Shown: positions 59,374-64,000 of the stretch, piece by piece
How the letters are laid out: every line of letters begins with the position of its first letter
Numbering within the stretch: the first letter of the stretch is position 1
Assembly: GCA_000993205.1 (NCBI GenBank)
Contig: LBVU01000002.1
Location: 28,250 to 92,249 of the forward strand
Direction of reading: 5' to 3'
DNA from: Candidatus Woesebacteria bacterium GW2011_GWB1_39_10
GTDB taxonomy: Bacteria; Patescibacteriota; Microgenomatia; UBA8517
DNA: 64,000 bases
Position numbers and translations under genes: made by a program
Notes under the pieces: model-generated
Seen by the model: the letters and a program-made list of their open reading frames with translations, nothing else
Databases searched by the model: none
Told to the model about the DNA's origin: nothing

Positions 59374-59911
59374 GATCTTCCGTGGTCCGCTTTTTTTAAC
59401 CTTTCTAGGATTGTCCATATTTACCTTTGGAATTTACAACTATTATAAAGTCCGAATACTTTCGTTTGACTCTGTTCCTCCGGAAGCTAATAAATCTATT
59501 GAAAATGTTGACTCTCCTGTAGAAATAATTATTCCCTCAATCAAGATTGACCTCAAAGTCGAGCCGGGACAGATTAAAGACGGTGTCTGGCAAATCTCAG
59601 GGTCTTCAGCTACCTTTCTTACAACCTCAGCCGCCCCGAGGACGGAAGGCAATATGGTGATCTATGGTCACAACAAAAAAGTTATTTTTGGCAATCTGCC
59701 TTATTTAAGCCTGGGACAAAGAATTGTCATCAAGACAAAAAGTGGAAAAATCTATAATTATGTGGTCGATCAAAAATACTTTGTTGGCCCCGATAGGGTA
59801 GACTTGGTTTCTCCGTCCGATAAAGAGGAGCTTACTATATATACCTGCTACGGACTTTTTGATGGTCAGCGCGCAGTAATCAAAGCCAGGCCACTCAAGG
59901 ACAGTCCTTGA
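59315..59911 (+). CDS. Sortase (second copy).
   Basis: It has an N-terminal TM, MVIYGHN (His), LTIYTCY (the TLxTC motif) and a conserved Arg. Its stop codon lies inside a REP-like palindrome. Confidence 0.7.
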   Translation: MQFSLLKAQRTSKKLSKKLKIFRGPLFLTFLGLSIFTFGIYNYYKVRILSFDSVPPEANKSIENVDSPVEIIIPSIKIDLKVEPGQIKDGVWQISGSSATFLTTSAAPRTEGNMVIYGHNKKVIFGNLPYLSLGQRIVIKTKSGKIYNYVVDQKYFVGPDRVDLVSPSDKEELTIYTCYGLFDGQRAVIKARPLKDSP

Positions 59912-59912
59912 A
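59895..59912. repeat. REP-like palindromic element copy 1 (CTCAAGGACAGTCCTTGA).
   Basis: A CAAGGA / TCCTTG stem around CAG. Four copies cluster around the Y1 transposase gene. Confidence 0.6.
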
Positions 59913-59930
59913 AACTTCATTTTGTGCCTA

Positions 59931-59950
59931 CTCAAGGACAGTCCTTGCAA
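59931..59950. repeat. REP-like palindromic element copy 2.
   Basis: The sequence CTCAAGGACAGTCCTTGCAA lies 19 nt after copy 1. Confidence 0.6.
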
Positions 59951-60628
59951 TTACTCTAAGATAAGGTCTCCCAGAAATATTGCACTATCCTTCTTGTAAT
60001 CTTCAACAAAACTTTTATACGAATTCACTTTTTTAAATTCCGGTAAAACTTTATTGTTAAAGAACGAGAGAACTGTTTCCGGCTTAATCCAAGGTGTTTG
60101 TCTCTTTCCTAAATATTCAGGGTAAGAGGAATAAGCGCTTAGCAAATCGTCTGTATACTCTCTTGGATTTAGATGGATGTATCTACTTAAATGTAGTAGG
60201 TATTCTTCGCTTGCAACCAATACTGCCTTATATCGACCTTGAAATAGCGATCCAACACGATCATATTTTTTATTGAAATACATTGAGTATCTAGTCATAA
60301 GAGATCTCATTAGTCCTTGAATCGAGTCGAAATCCTTTTGTTTAATCAAAAGGTGAAAATGGTTGGGCATTAGACAATAAGCAATTAGGTCAATTTTTTC
60401 AAAATAACTTTTTACAGGCCTTCTTATGCTCTGCAAGGACAGTCCTTGCATAATATATTTCGTTCTCAGATCTTGTTCCTCAAGCGGGGAAAAAGCCTCT
60501 TTTATATAACGTAAAAAAACTTTGTAATCCTGACTATCTTCAAAAATTATCCTTTTTTCAACCCCGCGGTTATAAATATGATAAAAGCCTTTTTCGACAT
60601 AAATTTTCAAGGAATTTCTGGAAGGCAT
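59951..60628 (-). CDS. HUH Y1 tyrosine transposase (IS200/IS605 TnpA-like / REP-associated tyrosine transposase, RAYT-like).
   Basis: It has the HUH motif LMPNHFHLLI and catalytic-Tyr regions LSRYIHLNP and YKAVLV. It is flanked by REP-like palindromes on both sides. Confidence 0.65.
   Translation of the reverse strand: MPSRNSLKIYVEKGFYHIYNRGVEKRIIFEDSQDYKVFLRYIKEAFSPLEEQDLRTKYIMQGLSLQSIRRPVKSYFEKIDLIAYCLMPNHFHLLIKQKDFDSIQGLMRSLMTRYSMYFNKKYDRVGSLFQGRYKAVLVASEEYLLHLSRYIHLNPREYTDDLLSAYSSYPEYLGKRQTPWIKPETVLSFFNNKVLPEFKKVNSYKSFVEDYKKDSAIFLGDLILE
60431..60450. repeat. REP-like palindrome copy 3, inside the Y1 transposase coding sequence.
   Basis: The sequence is CTGCAAGGACAGTCCTTGCA, with an 8-bp stem. 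Confidence 0.5.
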
Positions 60629-60644
60629 AATTTAAATGTAATAC

Positions 60645-60665
60645 TCAAGGACAGTCCTTGCAAGT
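60645..60665. repeat. REP-like palindrome copy 4, 17 nt upstream of the Y1 transposase start.
   Basis: The sequence is CTCAAGGACAGTCCTTGCAAG. Confidence 0.6.
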
Positions 60666-60849
60666 ATCTCCCCATTGCTTCACGAATAACCTTGAGGTAA
60701 AATAATTTAAAGCTAAATAGCCTCGATTTTTTGTTTGGAACAAAAAATAAATTCGAGTTAATAAATCCGAAATACGAAACAATATTTAAATTCTAAATTT
60801 CAAATAGAAAAGTTTCGAATTTCGTGCTTCGGATTTCGTATTTAAATGT

Positions 60850-63483
60850 ATGGATATCGGTAAAATTCAACAAACAGAGATAACTACAGAGCTTTCCAAG
60901 TCATATTTGGATTACGCAATGAGCGTTATAGTGGCCCGAGCCTTACCCGACGTACGGGACGGACTTAAACCAGTTCACAGGAGAATTTTATACGCAATGC
61001 ATTTGATGGGGCTTCATTTTGTAGGCAGCTCCACAACAAAATCCGCCAAAGTCGTCGGAGAAGTTTTGGGTAAATATCATCCGCACGGAGACATGGCTGT
61101 TTACGATGCCATGGTCCGCTTGGCTCAAATCTTTTCAATGCGCTATCCGTTGGTCCATGGACAGGGAAACTTTGGGTCTGTTGACGGCGACCCGCCCGCG
61201 GCCATGAGGTATACCGAAGTTAAACTTGCAAAAATCGCAGACATGATGCTTGCAGATATGGAGAAAGAAACAGTAGACTTCACGGACAATTTTGACGCAA
61301 CGCTTAAAGAACCGGTTTTTCTTCCCGCAGTTTTACCAAATTTACTTCTTATGGGTAGCGAAGGTATTGCAGTCGGAATGGCTACAAAAATTCCTCCACA
61401 TAATTTAACTGAATTGGTTGATGGCATAACCGCTATGATCAAAAAAGGCAAAGTTATAACTGAACAAAAGGCGCAGGAAGAGCAAACCGATTTTGTTATT
61501 AAAAAGATCAATCTGGTAGCTTCAGGTGAGTCTAAAGCCTTAACTGAGGCCGAAGTTAACCCAACAGCAGTTTCTTTTGAAAGCGAAATAGATATTGATG
61601 AACTAACGGATATTATTCCCGGCCCGGACTTTCCTACAGGGGGAGCAATTTATGACGCCAACGGACTTAAAGAACTTTACGCGACAGGCCGTGGCAAAAT
61701 AGTTGTCCGTGGTATTGCTGAAATTGTAGAGGGTGCAAAAGGCAAACAACAAATTATAATCAGCGAACTTCCGTACCAGGTAAATAAGAGTGAACTTGTA
61801 GCCAAAATCGCCGAACTTGTAAAAGATAAAAAAGTGGTAGGAATTAGCGACCTTCGGGACGAAAGTGACAAAGACGGAATGAGAGTCGCGATTGATCTTA
61901 AACGCGACGCAAAACCCAAGTCGGTTTTGAATAATATTTTCAAACACACCAGGCTTCAAAGCAGCTTCCCGGCAAATTTTGTTGCCCTGGTAGATGGCAC
62001 CCCACACACATTAAATCTTAAAACAATTCTTGTTGAGTACGTTAAGCATAGACAAAGAGTTGTTATAAGACGCACAATCTTTGAGTTAACAGAAGCCAAA
62101 AAACGAGCTCATATTTTAGAAGGGCTTAAAATCGCGCTCGATAATTTGGATGCCGTAATCAAAACCATCAGAGAGAGTAAAACTCAGGAGGATGCCAAGA
62201 AAAACTTAATTGAAAGATTTAAGTTGTCCGAAATTCAAGCAACTGCAATTCTTGATATGCAGCTTAGAAGATTGGCAGCACTTGAACGAGAAAAAATTGA
62301 AAAAGAATACGCAGAAATCAAGAAATTGATTGATCAGCTTATTGCGATTTTGAAAGATCCTAAACAGGTTTTGAATATCATTGTTAAGGAATTAGGGGAG
62401 TTAAAAGAAAAATACGGTGACAAAAGAAGAACTAAAATTTATAAAAACCCGCTCGGGGAAATCAGCGAAGAAGATTTGGTGGCCAAGGAGGAAACATTAA
62501 TCACCGTTACAAAAACAGGATACGTTAAACGCCTTTCTGCAACAAGTTACCGCGCACAACGCAGGGGAGGAAAGGGTGTAATCGGGATGGCAACTAAAGA
62601 AGAGGACGAGATTGAACACATCTTATCCGCTACAACTCATGATACAATTCTTTTCTTTACCAATAAAGGCCGTGTTTTCGGGCTAAAAGCATGGGAAATT
62701 CCGGAAAGCAGCAGGCAGGCAAAGGGCCAGGCCCTTGTCAATTTGTTGAATCTTGAACAAGGCGAAGAAATAAAATCCATTCTTCCGCTTTCGAAAGAAC
62801 TCGGCATTAAGAATTTGGTAATGGCTACTAAAAACGGACTTATTAAAAAGACAGGTATCGACGAATTTGAAAATTTGAGATCATCGGGTCTTATTGCAAT
62901 CAAGCTTAGAGACAATGACATGCTTATTTCTGTTCACCCGACAACTGGCGACGATCACATTATTCTTCTTACCCGAAATGCCAAGTCAATTAGATTTCCT
63001 GAGACAAATGCACGTCCAATGGGGCGCGCCACAACGGGAGTCACCGGCATAAAAATGGACACAGGGGATGAACTGATTGGAATGGAAGTATTTCCTGCAA
63101 AAGAAAATATCCCAACCGACAAAAGGAAAAAGTTCTACCGCGATATTTTAACCATTGCCGAACACGGACTTGGAAAACGCACCCCAATTCATCTTTTCCC
63201 GGTACAAAAAAGGTCGGGTAAGGGAGTTAAAGCAGCTGTAGTTTCAGCAAAAATCGGGAATTTGAAAACCGCCGCGATGGTTACCGAAAAATATGATCAG
63301 GTGATTATTACCAGCAAAATGGGTCAGGTCATTAAACTACCTTTGAAAAATATTCCTCAACTTGGCAGGGCCACTCAAGGAGTCATCTTGATGAGATTTG
63401 CTGACAAAGGAGATAGTGTCGCCGCCGCGGCCGTTTTGGAAAAAGGGGTAGACGAAGAAGATGAAGAAAATATCGAAAAGTAG
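60850..63483 (+). CDS. gyrA: DNA gyrase subunit A.
   Basis: It has [29 protein letters not shown] with the catalytic Tyr region, beta-pinwheel C-terminal repeats and an acidic tail. It is 877 aa. Confidence 0.95.
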   Translation: MDIGKIQQTEITTELSKSYLDYAMSVIVARALPDVRDGLKPVHRRILYAMHLMGLHFVGSSTTKSAKVVGEVLGKYHPHGDMAVYDAMVRLAQIFSMRYPLVHGQGNFGSVDGDPPAAMRYTEVKLAKIADMMLADMEKETVDFTDNFDATLKEPVFLPAVLPNLLLMGSEGIAVGMATKIPPHNLTELVDGITAMIKKGKVITEQKAQEEQTDFVIKKINLVASGESKALTEAEVNPTAVSFESEIDIDELTDIIPGPDFPTGGAIYDANGLKELYATGRGKIVVRGIAEIVEGAKGKQQIIISELPYQVNKSELVAKIAELVKDKKVVGISDLRDESDKDGMRVAIDLKRDAKPKSVLNNIFKHTRLQSSFPANFVALVDGTPHTLNLKTILVEYVKHRQRVVIRRTIFELTEAKKRAHILEGLKIALDNLDAVIKTIRESKTQEDAKKNLIERFKLSEIQATAILDMQLRRLAALEREKIEKEYAEIKKLIDQLIAILKDPKQVLNIIVKELGELKEKYGDKRRTKIYKNPLGEISEEDLVAKEETLITVTKTGYVKRLSATSYRAQRRGGKGVIGMATKEEDEIEHILSATTHDTILFFTNKGRVFGLKAWEIPESSRQAKGQALVNLLNLEQGEEIKSILPLSKELGIKNLVMATKNGLIKKTGIDEFENLRSSGLIAIKLRDNDMLISVHPTTGDDHIILLTRNAKSIRFPETNARPMGRATTGVTGIKMDTGDELIGMEVFPAKENIPTDKRKKFYRDILTIAEHGLGKRTPIHLFPVQKRSGKGVKAAVVSAKIGNLKTAAMVTEKYDQVIITSKMGQVIKLPLKNIPQLGRATQGVILMRFADKGDSVAAAAVLEKGVDEEDEENIEK

Positions 63484-63492
63484 TATATTTAT

Positions 63493-64000
63493 ATGATGGA
63501 AGAAAAGAAAAACATTCCGCAACAAAACAACTCTTTGGTTTCAGTAATTATCTTTTTCGTTCTCCTTTTTGTATTTGCCAAATGGGGACCGGCAGTTAAT
63601 TTTAGCTCGACTGTTCAATCTAAAGGCGATCCGTTCATCGTCAGCGGGGAAGGGAAAGTCTTTGTAACTCCTGACGTTGCCAAAATTACTTTTGGTATTC
63701 AGGAAAACGGAAGCTCACTTAAACAGGTTCAAAATAGCGTAAATACAAAATCCAAATCTCTAACCGATACAATCAAAAAGCTTGGCATTGCTCAAGATGA
63801 CATCAAAACCATTTCATATAACGTTTATCCGCAATATGACTACACAAATTCAAGCCAAAGGATAACTGGATACCAAGTCTCTACCAACTACCAGGTGACC
63901 GTAAAAGACTTTGACAAAGTAAATGACCTGATAGTTCTGGCAACTGAGGCCGGTGCCAACATTGTCGGAGAAGTTAGTTTTGAGTTAAACGACTCTACTA
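63493..64000 (+). CDS. SIMPL-domain (DUF541/YggE-like) protein, 3'-truncated by the window end.
   Basis: It has an N-terminal TM and then GEGKVFVTPDVAKITFGIQENGSSLKQVQNSVNTKSKSLTDTIKKLGIAQDDIKTISYNVYPQYDY, a SIMPL-family pattern. Confidence 0.55.
   Translation, partial: MMEEKKNIPQQNNSLVSVIIFFVLLFVFAKWGPAVNFSSTVQSKGDPFIVSGEGKVFVTPDVAKITFGIQENGSSLKQVQNSVNTKSKSLTDTIKKLGIAQDDIKTISYNVYPQYDYTNSSQRITGYQVSTNYQVTVKDFDKVNDLIVLATEAGANIVGEVSFELNDST

Noticed and set aside
60666-60849. Imperfect inverted repeats (CCGAAATACGAAAC / GTTTCGAATTTCG...CGGATTTCGTATTT) upstream of gyrA.
   Set aside because: They are degenerate and AT-rich. They could be a regulatory structure, but the evidence is too weak to call.

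Overview
This is a low-GC, gene-dense bacterial window that reads like a monoderm, CPR/Patescibacteria-like genome. The inference rests on a large type IV pilus locus, sortase/LPXTG surface proteins, and AUG starts sitting 7–10 nt behind -10 boxes. About 60 coding genes are supported.

The main elements, left to right:
- A 5'-truncated thrS, then a compact cluster of amino-acid-processing enzymes: a GCS-like ligase, an enolase-superfamily racemase/epimerase, a PLP aminotransferase, two paralogous M20 peptidases and a group II PLP decarboxylase.
- A ~320-nt structured leader that I read as a T-box riboswitch. It sits in front of a GNAT-motif hypothetical whose 3' end is supplied by an intact IS3-family IS with ~24-bp TIRs, an orfA/orfB pair and an A6G slip site.
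- tyrS, recG, an unannotated L32 gene, nusB, an ACP-like gene, rnc, rpsP and a KH-domain gene.
- A pilMNO + PilX-like operon, followed by three Cys-rich or Tat-secreted hypotheticals.
- folE, then an SDR/transketolase/unknown operon on the other strand.
- A Rel/SpoT homologue.
- A ~11-kb type IV pilus locus: ten pilin-like genes, pilD, pilC, pilT and pilB. A short PPase-like gene and a CYTH gene are embedded in it.
- holB-like, gyrB, an SDR and a TrpR-like gene flanked by an identical palindrome, YfiH/PgeF and ppa.
- A sortase module: two sortases, a 2050-aa tandem-repeat LPATG-anchored giant protein and two further surface proteins.
- A HUH Y1 transposase (RAYT-like) flanked by REP-like palindromes, then gyrA and a partial SIMPL-domain gene.

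The most notable signals are perfect heptanucleotide tandem repeats at the 5' ends or leaders of pilin genes, which suggests slipped-strand phase variation. Next are the T-box leader in front of a non-synthetase gene, the ligase/racemase/aminotransferase/M20/decarboxylase cluster, and the sortase/LPXTG giant protein with a REP element that supplies a sortase stop codon.
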